A stretch of DNA of 64,000 bases from an uncultured Bacilli bacterium. Its GTDB lineage: Bacteria; Bacillota_I; Bacilli_A; RF39; UBA660. Under the pieces are notes generated by a model, which was not told the origin of the DNA, did no database searches, and saw only the letters and a program-made list of their open reading frames with translations. Numbering within the stretch: position 1 is the stretch's first letter; each line of letters starts with the position of its first letter. Positions 47,656-58,829 of the stretch are shown in pieces. Position numbers and translations under genes: made by a program. Where the stretch lies: positions 116,387 through 180,386 of the forward strand of contig CAXHRJ010000001.1 in the NCBI GenBank assembly GCA_964018915.1, in the 5' to 3' direction.

Positions 47656-48819
47656 TTATTTTTCTCTAGCTTTCTTACTAATGGCTTCTTTCAAAAGCAA
47701 AAGTATTCTTTTACAAACTTTATAATCTGTTTGATTAATATACTTTTGACTAAATTGTTTTACCCTATCTAAAGAATATTCCTCTTTTTCAATTGCCTTT
47801 AATATTACTTTAGAATCCTCACTTATTAACCCTGGAAGTTCTTTCTTAAAATCTGTATAAAAATTTCTAGTTTCTACATAATCATCATAATCATAGGTAT
47901 AGAAATATAGAGGTTTTGTTAACAAGGATGCTTCATAGACAATAGCTGAATAATCACTAATAATGTAATCCGCAATCATAAGCATATCTCTAGAGGAAAA
48001 ATCAGAATCCCAAATAACTCTTTCATCATGCTTTTCAAGTTTCGTAAGTGGATGTGGTTTTATAATTAAGTTATATTTGGAATAATTTACATTATCAATT
48101 AATTCTTGGATTTTTTCTTCTTTCTCTGCTTTTCTAAAAGTTGGTACATATACAATATTTTTCTTATCTTTCAAAATAGGATATTTTTTTATAATATTCT
48201 GTTTTTTATTCTCAATATATTCCTTGTCTGTAAGAATGTCCACAACTGGTAGTGGCATCACTATCATCGATTCTTTTTGATAACCAAAAGCTTCTGCGAA
48301 ATAAGGAACACATACCTCACTACTTGCAAAAATATAATCATACCCCTTATGCATTTTCATAGTAGTAGATAGTTCTTTCTTTTCCTCTGACGTCATTTGC
48401 TTTCCTAATGCAGAAGTGCTCGTATCAGTTTCAACAACACTATAGCCGAATTTCTTTAAAGCACCCATTGCATGCCACATCTGTATTACTACTAAATTTT
48501 TCTTATGTTTTAATAAACTAACCACTATACAATAAGTGTCTAATATTACAACTTTAGAGGTAGCTATATGATACATTTGTTTAAACATATGAAAAATATA
48601 CTTTACTTTATTTTTTAAACCAGGTTGTAATTTGTGTGCTAAAATAGCATATTTATATTCTCCATCTATATCAATTTCCTGCGCCAAGAGTTCAAAATCA
48701 AGGGGTGGTGTATTAGATTGCCTACTAATCATAGTAATCTTATTTTTTGTTGGAAAAAGTTTCAAAAAGAAATAAATGATTTTAAGTATCAAGATTGCGC
48801 ATTTTAAAAGTATATTCAT
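47656..48819 (-). CDS. CDP-glycerol/CDP-ribitol (poly)alditol-phosphate transferase, TagB/TagF family
   Basis: Family blocks QMWHAMGALKKFG, YVPTFR, KPHP, ISDYSAIVYEASLL. Confidence 0.8.
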   Translation of the reverse strand: MNILLKCAILILKIIYFFLKLFPTKNKITMISRQSNTPPLDFELLAQEIDIDGEYKYAILAHKLQPGLKNKVKYIFHMFKQMYHIATSKVVILDTYCIVVSLLKHKKNLVVIQMWHAMGALKKFGYSVVETDTSTSALGKQMTSEEKKELSTTMKMHKGYDYIFASSEVCVPYFAEAFGYQKESMIVMPLPVVDILTDKEYIENKKQNIIKKYPILKDKKNIVYVPTFRKAEKEEKIQELIDNVNYSKYNLIIKPHPLTKLEKHDERVIWDSDFSSRDMLMIADYIISDYSAIVYEASLLTKPLYFYTYDYDDYVETRNFYTDFKKELPGLISEDSKVILKAIEKEEYSLDRVKQFSQKYINQTDYKVCKRILLLLKEAISKKAREK

Positions 48820-48820
48820 A

Positions 48821-49975
48821 TTACTTCCCTTCTAGAAAGTAATCAACAACACGTTTTGTCGCATTTCCATCGCATGCAGAACAAAAATAGTCATTGAATT
48901 TCTTAATTTTCTCTTTATCTATCGTCGCTTTAGAAATAGCTTCTACTAGTTCTTCCATATTGGTTGCAGATACACCATAGTTATATTTTTCAAATGGGTA
49001 ATAAAAATCTCTAGCTGAAACATAATCTTCCATATCTGGAACATAAAAAATAATCGGTTTTTGAAAAAAAGAATATTCATAAATAACAGAAGAATAATCT
49101 GTTATTAAAATATCTGTAATAAACAATAAATCATTAATCTCCCTTTCACTTGTCAAGTCTAAATAAAAACTATTATTTGAAAAATCATAATCAGGTCTAT
49201 TTTTTATAAAAGGATGTAATTTAATAATGCAAACATAATCTTTGCTGAATTTTTTCTCTAGTTCTTCAAAATCAACCCATGAAAAATCATAATAAGCAGA
49301 ACCCTGACCATTTCCTCTAAAAGTTGGGGCAAACATAATAACTTTTTTTTCACTTAGTGTTGGGTATTTGGAATAAATTTTTTCCTTAATATCTACACTA
49401 TACTCCTGATCAAAGAAAATATCTGTTCTAGGAATCCCTAGTGCATGAACTTTCTCAATATCAATACCAAATGCTTCTGCATAATTTTTTCTAATAGATT
49501 CACTACTTACTATGGTTCCCGTATAGTTACGATGAGTCAAATTATAAGAGGTTGGACCTCCAGGTTTTCCCATACGAGAATATCCAACTGTTTTAAAAGC
49601 ACCCATTGCATGCCATAATTGAATCAATTGTTTGCTCTTCTTAAGCTTTATAGGATAAATAAGTGGATAGAAATCATCAACAAAAACATATTTAGATTTT
49701 GCTAAATGATAAACTATGCGAAACATATTCTTTATACTACGTTTTTCTTTCAAAGTTTTTTTAAAGATACCTGTTATTTGATATTTGTTTCGCTTTTCAA
49801 TTTCTTCTTTTACGTATAAAAAGTTGCCAGAAAAGTCTATCCTTGAATCTGATAAAAAGAGCACATGAGTATCCTTTTCCTTAACAAATAGCTGAAAAAT
49901 TGGATACATAATCACATAAAATCCCATTCTAACTTTTTGCAAAAATATTTTTTTCTTATCTTTTTTATCTTCCAT
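48821..49975 (-). CDS. CDP-glycerol/CDP-ribitol (poly)alditol-phosphate transferase, TagB/TagF family (paralogue)
   Basis: QLWHAMGAFKTVG, FAPTFR, KLHP, ITDYSSVIYEYSFF. Confidence 0.8.
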   Translation of the reverse strand: MEDKKDKKKIFLQKVRMGFYVIMYPIFQLFVKEKDTHVLFLSDSRIDFSGNFLYVKEEIEKRNKYQITGIFKKTLKEKRSIKNMFRIVYHLAKSKYVFVDDFYPLIYPIKLKKSKQLIQLWHAMGAFKTVGYSRMGKPGGPTSYNLTHRNYTGTIVSSESIRKNYAEAFGIDIEKVHALGIPRTDIFFDQEYSVDIKEKIYSKYPTLSEKKVIMFAPTFRGNGQGSAYYDFSWVDFEELEKKFSKDYVCIIKLHPFIKNRPDYDFSNNSFYLDLTSEREINDLLFITDILITDYSSVIYEYSFFQKPIIFYVPDMEDYVSARDFYYPFEKYNYGVSATNMEELVEAISKATIDKEKIKKFNDYFCSACDGNATKRVVDYFLEGK

Positions 49976-51659
49976 TTTTTACCACCTTAAACCTACTTGC
50001 TTCTATATAATTTTTTCGCATTTTTCCAAACGGTAATACATATCTAATGTTTTTATCTGTTATTAATGTATTACAATTTAAAATTTGTATTTTATATTGA
50101 AAACCAGTTCCTTTATTTGTAAATATCTTTTTACTCTTATCCTTTAAGTATTCCTGATATAAACTTGAATTTTCATCACAAAAATAAATATTGGCACCTT
50201 TCCCTCTCCACCAAAGAAAAGAAAGAAAATTAATAACTAAAAATTTCAAAGGTTTTTTTATTCTAAATTTGTTAATAAATCTATGATAAAATTTTCTTTT
50301 TTGAAAAATTACTTCTTTATTTACTAAAACTTGGTAATTATCAATAACTTTATGAGTAGCACACCATTCTACATTTTTCACTTCAAGAAGACTTTCTTTT
50401 TCATCCACTAATAACTCAAATTTTACATTTGTAACATTAGAAGAATCAAACTCTAAATAATAATTTCTACTAATAACGTTCTGATACTCCAAACTATTTT
50501 TTGTTTCTAATTTGATTTTCTTGATAAACTGATTTTGATGATAAAGATTAGCATAAACTTCTACGTTCTTATCATAATATAAACCAGTTTTTATTCTTCC
50601 TTCCACTAAAAATTTACTGCCTTTTCTTGTTAAATATGAAATTTCATTGATAGAAGTTAAATTAGAAAAGATTTTTTTTCCATTTACCTCTAATGAGTAG
50701 GTTCCGTCTGTCAATACTTTAGTAGATATTTTCTGCTTAGAAAGCGCTATAATCTCTAATAATAATTCCTTAGATAAATGATTGCAAAACAAAGAAAAAT
50801 CTATTTTTTGTAATTTTGCAGTTACCTTTTCTAAATATTGGTTTCTATTCTCTAATGAAACACCTTGTGGATATAAACAATCTTCCTCTATTCTCCAACG
50901 CATGTTATTCATAACGATACTTTGAATATAAGGGTGATTATCATATTGCATCAATAGTTGCCCATGAAAAGCATATATGGTTTCAAAATCATAATCCTTT
51001 TTTTTAGCGGTAACACTACTAGAATGTTGTCTGTAATAGTAATATGCATTACTAACATATCCTAACTTTTTCTTTTCCATTAATATTTCAGTATTAAATT
51101 TTTCATCTTCTGAATATTTTTGATTAGTATCAAAATAATGTTTCTTGTCATTTTTAATACAAATATTAATTGTCGCCTGTACCAAATAATAATACTCATT
51201 TAAATCATATATTTGATTTGTTTTGCCAAAATCTTTTTGATATCTACTATGCATTTTCTTTCTGCCACTTGGATAAAATAATATAGCTGGATAAGTAACC
51301 ATATCTATTTCATCATAATGATTGTCAAAAAAAGTGCAAACATCTAATAACACATTTTTAGATAAATAGTCATCTGGATCTAAAAATAGAATATATTTTC
51401 CCTTAGATGCTTTAATACCTAAATTTCTAGTATCTGACACTCCACTATTTTGTTTTTCATAGTAAGAAATATTAGAATATTTTCCTTCCCACTTCTTACA
51501 TATATTACCACTATTATCAGTAGATCCATCATTTAATAAAATAATTTCATAATTAGAACTATTCATTGTCTGAGAAAAAATACTACTTAAGCACTTATCT
51601 ATATACTTTTCTACATTATAAACTGGTATTACTACACTAATTTTATAAGAATAATTCAT
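49965..51659 (-). CDS. GT2 glycosyltransferase with a roughly 300-aa C-terminal domain of unknown function
   Basis: ISVVIPVYNVEKYI, LNDGSTDNS, FLDPDD. Confidence 0.75.
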   Translation of the reverse strand: MNYSYKISVVIPVYNVEKYIDKCLSSIFSQTMNSSNYEIILLNDGSTDNSGNICKKWEGKYSNISYYEKQNSGVSDTRNLGIKASKGKYILFLDPDDYLSKNVLLDVCTFFDNHYDEIDMVTYPAILFYPSGRKKMHSRYQKDFGKTNQIYDLNEYYYLVQATINICIKNDKKHYFDTNQKYSEDEKFNTEILMEKKKLGYVSNAYYYYRQHSSSVTAKKKDYDFETIYAFHGQLLMQYDNHPYIQSIVMNNMRWRIEEDCLYPQGVSLENRNQYLEKVTAKLQKIDFSLFCNHLSKELLLEIIALSKQKISTKVLTDGTYSLEVNGKKIFSNLTSINEISYLTRKGSKFLVEGRIKTGLYYDKNVEVYANLYHQNQFIKKIKLETKNSLEYQNVISRNYYLEFDSSNVTNVKFELLVDEKESLLEVKNVEWCATHKVIDNYQVLVNKEVIFQKRKFYHRFINKFRIKKPLKFLVINFLSFLWWRGKGANIYFCDENSSLYQEYLKDKSKKIFTNKGTGFQYKIQILNCNTLITDKNIRYVLPFGKMRKNYIEASRFKVVKNGR

Positions 51660-51729
51660 AAACTCACCTATTCTATTATATCATATATAAAAAGATTAGG
51701 CATCCTTTTTGCCTAATCTTAATATTTCA

Positions 51730-54375
51730 CTAATTTTCGTCTAAGCTTATAATTTCATTATAGACTCTTTCACAATTTTTATTATCATGGAAAGCATAGA
51801 AAGAATTAATCCTATCCTCATACTTTTTCTCCAATTTGCAATCTTTTTCTATCATCTCAATGAGGGCTTTTACAAACTCATCATATTGCTCATAAACAGG
51901 GCCAAATCCCATCTTTTTATAATCGAAATATCCTTGATTATAAATCTGACTTTTATAAAATTCGTCTCGATCTTCTTGATAATAAATGATTGGCTTCTTT
52001 AAATAAGCAAAATCAAAAAAGATACTAGAGTAGTCTGTGATTAATATGCTATTTTCGCAAAATTCTTTTTGATAACTTGTTGATTTTTCTTCTATTTCAA
52101 CATATTCATTTTTCTCAAAATCATCTAATTGACATAGCACATTAGGATGGGGAATAAATCTTAATTTATAATTTTTCTTTTCTAATATACTCAGCAGCCT
52201 TTTATCATTCATCAAATTATTAATAAATTTAAAATAGTCTGATTCTTTAAATTCCTCATTATATAGTCTCTCTCCAGTCGTCTTATCGATTTTTGAGGCC
52301 AAACTACTACGCCAAGTTAAAGATAGCATGATTTTCTTTTTCTTTTGTATTTCTTTTGCCTTCTCTAATAATGTATCATATCTAGGAAGCCCAGTAAGTT
52401 TTACAATTTTAGGTCCATAAGAATAATTGTAATCTAATAATGATTGATATTCTAATGGACAAGTAGTTACAAACATATCTATCTTTTTAGTATTTGTATT
52501 AAGCCATGAGCTTAAATCGTCCTTAATGATACCATGTTGTAAAAAAACAAACTTAAACTGATATTGATCTTGAATATACTTTCCTCCACCTCCCAAAGGA
52601 TTAAAAATATAATCTTCTGCATGAGAAGAAACAATATAATCTGCTCTATGTACCATTAACTTATATTTCTTACTATTTGGATCTATTACTTTTCCTATTT
52701 TTGAGAGTCTTTCATAATCAGGACTATTAGAAGTTAATACAAAATAAACATTTTTCTTTGGATGATTTTCTACCATATATCGGAAGAAATGTTCTCCATT
52801 GTCATCAGCTTTTCCAACCCTATCAGAAATAAGCCATAATTCTTTTCTCTTAAATATTCTAGCCATTTTGGTTACTAATCTAATAGATAAATTTTTAAAC
52901 TTTTTCCCCTTCAATAGTTCTAAGGTATTTCTAACTTCATAATAAAAAGATCTGAAAACATTTCTTCTCTGCTTTCTTAAACAGTAATCTTTTCTAACAA
53001 TCGTTATATTTTTCCCTACATGATGATAACTCTTTGGCAAAAATTCTGTGAAAATACTACCCGTTTTCTTATATTTTGGAAATAAGTATTCCTCCTTTGA
53101 ATAAAAAGCAAGAGTCCCCATTTCTTTTAGAGGAATACTAATATGAATACCAATAAAATCATTAAGAATGCTACCATCAAATGTCTCTTTATTATAATCA
53201 TTAGCTAAAGTATAATATTCTACTTTTAATTCTCTATCATTATTTAATACACGAAAATCCTTTTCAGATACTAGTTTTCTATCTAATCTTCCATAAATAG
53301 AGATTTCTTTTTTTCTAATATAGAAAGAATCAATAAGGATATCTTCCACATCTTCTTTGCTAACAGAAAAACTATTTAAGTATATTTTATCTCCTTCATA
53401 TTTAAGATTAACTTTATTTTTTTTCAATTCTAATAAAAATTTCTTACTAGAGAAATTTAAATGCAAGTGATTAAATAATATTTCATCATCTGTATCCTTG
53501 ATTAAAGTCGATAAAATTTCTGTATATTTTTTACGAACATTTTTATCAATCTCTACAGAAGGGTTGAAAACAACTCGCCAACTCATATCATAAATTACTA
53601 AGTTTTGAATATATTTTATTACTTTTCCAAACTTTTCTTTTGATAAATCATATAAGTATCTATACACTTTTTCAGGTGTCACTAAATACCAATCCACATT
53701 TTTTGTCTGTCGTTGGATTGCAGAATTTCCCTCATATCTTTTTCTATAATAATAAATTGGTCTTTTTAATACTATATATTTTTTTAAATCTAAAAGAATT
53801 TCATTAATGAATTTGTTATCCTCTGAATACTTTATTGATTTATCATAACTATAATTTTTTATTACAGAGCTCTTAACAAATAAAGACGAGGAACTTAACT
53901 GTGGATATTCGTAATCTTCTAAAATATCCACTACTTTATCTTTTATATATTTATAATTTAATGGATGATTCCCTTTTTTAGCATCAAAAAACACCATCTT
54001 ACAACTAAATAAAGAAATGTCAGGATGCTTTTGATAATTAGAATAGACAACTTCAAATGAGTCCTTACTCCATAAATCATCACTATCTAAAAAAGTGGTA
54101 AGCTCCCCTTCTACTAATTTTATTCCATTATTTCTAGCAGCAGAGACCCCTGCATTTTCTTGTTTCATATAAAAGATATTATGGGGATATTGATTCTTAT
54201 ATTTTAAACAAATCTCTTCTGAATTATCAGCAGAACCATCATTAATTAAAATCAACTGAATATTCTTTTCAAAACCAATCGTTTGATTAATAACAGATTC
54301 AATCGTCTCTTCTATATACTTTTCAGCATTATAAACAGGTATGATTACTGAAAACTTAAATTTAACTTCTGCCAT
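51730..54375 (-). CDS. Bifunctional GT2 glycosyltransferase + TagF-family polyol-phosphate polymerase (TarL/TarK-like)
   Basis: N-terminal blocks FSVIIPVYNAEKYI, INDGSADNS, FLDSDD. C-terminal blocks FLQHGIIKDD, LTWR, IPHP, ITDYSSIFFDFAYL. Confidence 0.8.
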   Translation of the reverse strand: MAEVKFKFSVIIPVYNAEKYIEETIESVINQTIGFEKNIQLILINDGSADNSEEICLKYKNQYPHNIFYMKQENAGVSAARNNGIKLVEGELTTFLDSDDLWSKDSFEVVYSNYQKHPDISLFSCKMVFFDAKKGNHPLNYKYIKDKVVDILEDYEYPQLSSSSLFVKSSVIKNYSYDKSIKYSEDNKFINEILLDLKKYIVLKRPIYYYRKRYEGNSAIQRQTKNVDWYLVTPEKVYRYLYDLSKEKFGKVIKYIQNLVIYDMSWRVVFNPSVEIDKNVRKKYTEILSTLIKDTDDEILFNHLHLNFSSKKFLLELKKNKVNLKYEGDKIYLNSFSVSKEDVEDILIDSFYIRKKEISIYGRLDRKLVSEKDFRVLNNDRELKVEYYTLANDYNKETFDGSILNDFIGIHISIPLKEMGTLAFYSKEEYLFPKYKKTGSIFTEFLPKSYHHVGKNITIVRKDYCLRKQRRNVFRSFYYEVRNTLELLKGKKFKNLSIRLVTKMARIFKRKELWLISDRVGKADDNGEHFFRYMVENHPKKNVYFVLTSNSPDYERLSKIGKVIDPNSKKYKLMVHRADYIVSSHAEDYIFNPLGGGGKYIQDQYQFKFVFLQHGIIKDDLSSWLNTNTKKIDMFVTTCPLEYQSLLDYNYSYGPKIVKLTGLPRYDTLLEKAKEIQKKKKIMLSLTWRSSLASKIDKTTGERLYNEEFKESDYFKFINNLMNDKRLLSILEKKNYKLRFIPHPNVLCQLDDFEKNEYVEIEEKSTSYQKEFCENSILITDYSSIFFDFAYLKKPIIYYQEDRDEFYKSQIYNQGYFDYKKMGFGPVYEQYDEFVKALIEMIEKDCKLEKKYEDRINSFYAFHDNKNCERVYNEIISLDEN

Positions 54376-54420
54376 CTATTCACTTCCATTCTTTATATTA
54401 ACATTATAACAAATCCAAAT

Positions 54421-54450
54421 AAAAAAATAAAGGCTTGAAGCCTTTATTTT
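54421..54450. terminator. Bidirectional-looking intrinsic terminator between the SGNH gene and the GT2-TagF gene
   Basis: A7 run, then aaggc (54430-54434) / gcctt (54440-54444), then T-run. Confidence 0.5.
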
Positions 54451-54482
54451 TACTTACGAGCATTGTCTTTTAAATACAATCA

Positions 54483-55256
54483 TTAAATTGTATGTAATTT
54501 ATCTTGTTGTTTTTGGTAATATTCTTTAAGTTGCTGAATAATTACTTTTGAAGTTTCAGCACTATAGTGTAAGCCATCATGGCTCTCAAAACCATTGTTC
54601 AACAAATATGTATATGTATCACAATAATAAATATTATCTTCAGCTACTTCTTTACGAATAAAGTTGTTAAATTCTTTTACCTTTTCATTATCAGACATTG
54701 GTCTATCACCAAATTTTTCAACTTTTAATACTTCCAAATCCAGTGGATTTACAGATTCAAAAATTAAATTATGTTCTTGCCACTTTTCCTTTAATCTTTT
54801 ATATAATCTAACATAATCAGAAGAAGAACAGATTTCTATACCGTCAACCTTTTTTCCTTGTTCCTTGTAGTCTAAATCATTTATTCCTAAATTAAAAAAG
54901 ATTGTATAGTGCTCATTTGGATTTTCCTCCATTAGTTTATCTACTTCTTTTTCTGCCACATCCGTCAAATAATTACAAGTAGCACCATTTTTCGCAATAA
55001 AGGTAATATTCTTATCTTCTACTACTTTAGCAGCAGCATACATCCTTGAATCTCCTATAATAATAATATTAGAAGATTCATACCAAATTGGTTCTTTCTT
55101 TTTATTTCCTGCATCTTGATTTATCTCTACTTCTTTATTTGGCAATTGAATTTTAGCAAGCGCAATTTCTTTATCATACTTTAGTGAATATGGAACTGCA
55201 ATAGCTAAAGTAAGTAGTATAAATAATAATAACATAATATTTGTTTTGTTTTTCAT
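54483..55256 (-). CDS. Membrane-anchored SGNH/GDSL-type hydrolase (copy 1)
   Basis: N-terminal TM anchor. Block I IIIIGDSRMY, block III GINDL, block V DGLHY. Confidence 0.7.
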   Translation of the reverse strand: MKNKTNIMLLLFILLTLAIAVPYSLKYDKEIALAKIQLPNKEVEINQDAGNKKKEPIWYESSNIIIIGDSRMYAAAKVVEDKNITFIAKNGATCNYLTDVAEKEVDKLMEENPNEHYTIFFNLGINDLDYKEQGKKVDGIEICSSSDYVRLYKRLKEKWQEHNLIFESVNPLDLEVLKVEKFGDRPMSDNEKVKEFNNFIRKEVAEDNIYYCDTYTYLLNNGFESHDGLHYSAETSKVIIQQLKEYYQKQQDKLHTI

Positions 55257-55370
55257 TTTTACTTCTCCTTTTTAAAACTTTATACTATAGTTTACTCTTT
55301 TTTTCGTCTTATTACAAGAAAAACTTTATGAAAAAAGACAATCATTCTATAAAAGATTGTCTTTTAATAG

Positions 55371-56909
55371 TTATTTTTTTCTATTTTTCTTCCACTCTTT
55401 ATAATCTACAAATTCTAATTCGGTAGAATCATCTAAACCATAAAATAATTTAAAGCGATGAACAAAAACTTCGTTTCCTGGATTAGGACATTGCATATAT
55501 CTTTGAAATGGTATCTTAGGTAATAATAATTCCATATCAGAATTATGCTTTTGTATATACCTTATACGTTCCATTTCTACTTTAAAGCAATAACCATATA
55601 TACATAATAGAAAACTACAAAAGCATAAAGAAATCATGCATAATACATTATTAAAATACACTGACTCCTTTTCCACAACTGCATCTAACAATTCGCAAAC
55701 TACTAGTACAAATAAAGCATACGTTGGAAAAAAGCATCTTGGTCCTATCGGGGTTACTACTAAAAGTGGAGCAGCTAGGATAACAATTGATGCTATCTCA
55801 AATAGTATTCTTTTCTTCTTACATTCATCCTCTATAGTAATAAATACAATAATCACTAAAGAAATAGCAAAGGCAATAGCTATAATTGCTTCTAAATATA
55901 ATTTATATTTATTATGAATGAAAACATTTGATCCACCTATTACTTTTTTATAAAGAATATAACTTAAAAAGCCAATAACAACAAATGTCGCCATATTCAA
56001 AATATTATATTTCCATCTTTGGGCTTTTTGCTTATTCTTTTTATAAAATCTAAAGACAAGGAACAATGATAATAAACATAAAACAATGTTTAAAAATACA
56101 TTTTGATAAAGAATAAAATCAGCTAGTTCATTAACGAAAGTTCGCAAAAAGCGAATAATAATATTATCTTGCTCTATAGTTCTGTAACCGTCTTCAGCAT
56201 GGAAAATAGTTTGATAGGCCTCATTTGAAAACATCAATATAGCACCTAATATAGAACCAATCATATAAAATATATTTGCAAGGACTATTTTATGTTTCCT
56301 TATAAAGTAGTATATTACAATTCCTATGGATAATAAAACATTATATAAAGTGGCATGTTCAACAAACAAAGAATTTATAAATCCTAGCATTAAAAAAGGA
56401 ACTACCCACCTATTTTTTATTTCTATATCATTATTAGTAAAAATATTTTTATTAAAAGAAAGATAAAATAAGACAATGATAATGGGTATTACATAATTAG
56501 CAAAACCAGAAGTCCAAGCTACTGCTTGCGCTAAAACACTAATAGGCATTGCTAATAATAGAATGATAGCAGACAAAATAATCATTTTGCTACTCTTTAC
56601 TAGTTTTTGAATAAGGTAGACTAATGCCACAAAAGATAATGAAATAACAATAGCTCTTACAATACGATTTCTAGTTAAAAGCATTACCAACAAATTTCCT
56701 ACCCAACGACCATTATAATTAGCAAACAAAGAATTTAGTCTATCTTCACCGATAGAAGTCCCCCATGCCCAATCATCATGGGTATATGGGAAAAAATAAC
56801 TGACCAGTAAAACAATTGCAAATATTGCAATATATATGTAAATATATAGTTTGCTCTGTTTTTCTTGTCTCTTTTCCACTTCTTTCTTTCTACTCATTCT
56901 CTCACTCAC
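55371..56909 (-). CDS. Polytopic membrane protein, probable GT-C-like/Gtr-type surface-polymer modifying enzyme (copy 1)
   Basis: 512 aa with at least 11 TM segments and an FPYTHDDWAWG loop motif. Paralogue of residues about 165-648 of the 58792-60738 product. Confidence 0.5.
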   Translation of the reverse strand: MSERMSRKKEVEKRQEKQSKLYIYIYIAIFAIVLLVSYFFPYTHDDWAWGTSIGEDRLNSLFANYNGRWVGNLLVMLLTRNRIVRAIVISLSFVALVYLIQKLVKSSKMIILSAIILLLAMPISVLAQAVAWTSGFANYVIPIIIVLFYLSFNKNIFTNNDIEIKNRWVVPFLMLGFINSLFVEHATLYNVLLSIGIVIYYFIRKHKIVLANIFYMIGSILGAILMFSNEAYQTIFHAEDGYRTIEQDNIIIRFLRTFVNELADFILYQNVFLNIVLCLLSLFLVFRFYKKNKQKAQRWKYNILNMATFVVIGFLSYILYKKVIGGSNVFIHNKYKLYLEAIIAIAFAISLVIIVFITIEDECKKKRILFEIASIVILAAPLLVVTPIGPRCFFPTYALFVLVVCELLDAVVEKESVYFNNVLCMISLCFCSFLLCIYGYCFKVEMERIRYIQKHNSDMELLLPKIPFQRYMQCPNPGNEVFVHRFKLFYGLDDSTELEFVDYKEWKKNRKK

Positions 56910-57993
56910 TTTCCCTTTTTACTATTATCTTGCTTAATATATAATTCTTTATATTCCAATTTTTTTTCTTAACAAATGATAAAAGTCGTTCTTCTAAGAT
57001 AGAAAATAAGACCGTTATAAACACACCAACAATAGCCATACGTAATGGCGATAGTTTTTTAAAGAAAAATGGAATATAAAAATAGACTGTTATATGATTA
57101 ATAAAAATATATAAGCTAATCTTCTCTAAATAATAAAAGAATTTATTAGACAAAATTTTGAAATCATAAGTTTTTTGACTACTAATAATCAATACAGCGA
57201 TAGAAAGAATAAGAAGCATTACAAATTCATATCTTTTAGCAGAACTTATAAATTGTATAACAAATAAAATACCAAATAGCATGCCCTCTCCAAGCACTGT
57301 TAAAATTATCTTAAATAATTTCGTATATTCTACATCCTTTAGACTCTTGTGAATCAAAAACAAAACCATTCCAATACTAATATCTACTAGCCCTCTAATA
57401 ATAGAAGGATTAAAGGCATAAAACCAATATCTATTTGCGACATCTATTGTTCCATAATTATGATGCAGAAACCCCAACCCTAATACTATGAAAACAGGAC
57501 AAAATAAATAGATAAAATTTTCTTTATGTTTCTTTATAAAAGGATAAAGAATCGTTAAGCCAATTATCATAACACTAAGATACCATAGTTGTCCAAAAAT
57601 TGTTACCTTGCCAACGCCAAGATTTCTAAATAAAAGAAAACTCCAAATTGTATCTACTATTTGTGCAACCGTATAATCTTTATAAGCAACAATTCCTATT
57701 AAATAGATAAGATAGATTATAGTTAATGGCAATAAAAATGTTTTAATTCTAGAAATAGTAAATCTTACTGTCTCTTTCCCAATTGTTTTCTTATCATACT
57801 TTTCATTTAAAACTTTTTTAGCAAAATAAAATCCTGTTACAATAAAATAAAACTCCACTGCTATATATCCCCATCTAAAGATAGGACTTGCGTAATCTAA
57901 ATAAAACTGATTGGTATGAAAGAAGGCTATTACAATTGCAAAAATAAATTTCCAAAGGCTAATAACCCCGTTGCGTGTTTGTTCTTTTTTCAT
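56902..57993 (-). CDS. Acyltransferase family 3 (AT3, OatA/OafA-like) membrane O-acyltransferase
   Basis: 363 aa, 10-TM pattern. N-terminal ISLWKFIFAIVIAFFHT and WYLSVMI motifs are typical of AT3. Confidence 0.7.
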   Translation of the reverse strand: MKKEQTRNGVISLWKFIFAIVIAFFHTNQFYLDYASPIFRWGYIAVEFYFIVTGFYFAKKVLNEKYDKKTIGKETVRFTISRIKTFLLPLTIIYLIYLIGIVAYKDYTVAQIVDTIWSFLLFRNLGVGKVTIFGQLWYLSVMIIGLTILYPFIKKHKENFIYLFCPVFIVLGLGFLHHNYGTIDVANRYWFYAFNPSIIRGLVDISIGMVLFLIHKSLKDVEYTKLFKIILTVLGEGMLFGILFVIQFISSAKRYEFVMLLILSIAVLIISSQKTYDFKILSNKFFYYLEKISLYIFINHITVYFYIPFFFKKLSPLRMAIVGVFITVLFSILEERLLSFVKKKNWNIKNYILSKIIVKRESE

Positions 57994-58829
57994 AATATCT
58001 CCTTATTAATTTCTTTAAAAGAAGGAAAATAAGAAAGATTTTGTGACAATAGTTCTTCCCTTACTTCCTTATTACAACTTTCTATATTCTCAATGATATT
58101 TTTTGAAGTATTATCAGAATAATGTAATCCGTCAGGACTTTCAAAACCATTTTCCAAAAGGAAAGCATAAGTATTGCAGAAAAAAATTTCTTCAGATTCT
58201 ATTTCTCCTCTAATGTTTTGATTAAATTCTTCTATACTGCCATTATTTGTCATTTTTCTTGTTTTAAATTTACCAGTTCTTAGAATTTCTTCATTTACTG
58301 GATTTACAGACGCAAAAAACAAATTATGCTGATTCCATTTCTTTTTAAAATATTTATAATAATCCGCATATTGACTATAATCACAAATATGCTTTCCATC
58401 AGGTGTATTACCAACTTCTATAGAATTTAAATCATTTACTCCTAAATTAAAAACAATTGTAAAATGTTCCTCTGGATTCTCAGCAATCAATTTATCCACT
58501 TCTGGTTCTACAGTTTCCCATAAATAATTGCATGTTACAGCATTTTTAGCTATAAAAGTAAGTCCCTCTTTTTGTACAACCTTACTAGCAGCATACATTC
58601 TCGAATCTCCTACAATAATAATTCTATTACTATCATAATACTTAGGAATAGTTGGACTATTATTTAAGTCTTCATCACCTACTGTTTTTTCTTCTTCTTT
58701 ATTTTTCAATGCCTCCTTTTTATCATAATTATTTGCGATTATAAATAGACTCAAAGTAATTATAAGAAGAAGAAATCCCATAAGAATTTCTCTATTTCTC
58801 ATACTTCTTCTTCCACTCCTTATAATCAA
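57990..58829 (-). CDS. Membrane-anchored SGNH/GDSL-type hydrolase (copy 2)
   Basis: IIIVGDSRMY, GVNDL, DGLHY. A 4-nt overlap with the AT3 gene suggests translational coupling. The true start may be the internal Met at 58802. Confidence 0.7.
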   Translation of the reverse strand: MIIRSGRRSMRNREILMGFLLLIITLSLFIIANNYDKKEALKNKEEEKTVGDEDLNNSPTIPKYYDSNRIIIVGDSRMYAASKVVQKEGLTFIAKNAVTCNYLWETVEPEVDKLIAENPEEHFTIVFNLGVNDLNSIEVGNTPDGKHICDYSQYADYYKYFKKKWNQHNLFFASVNPVNEEILRTGKFKTRKMTNNGSIEEFNQNIRGEIESEEIFFCNTYAFLLENGFESPDGLHYSDNTSKNIIENIESCNKEVREELLSQNLSYFPSFKEINKEIL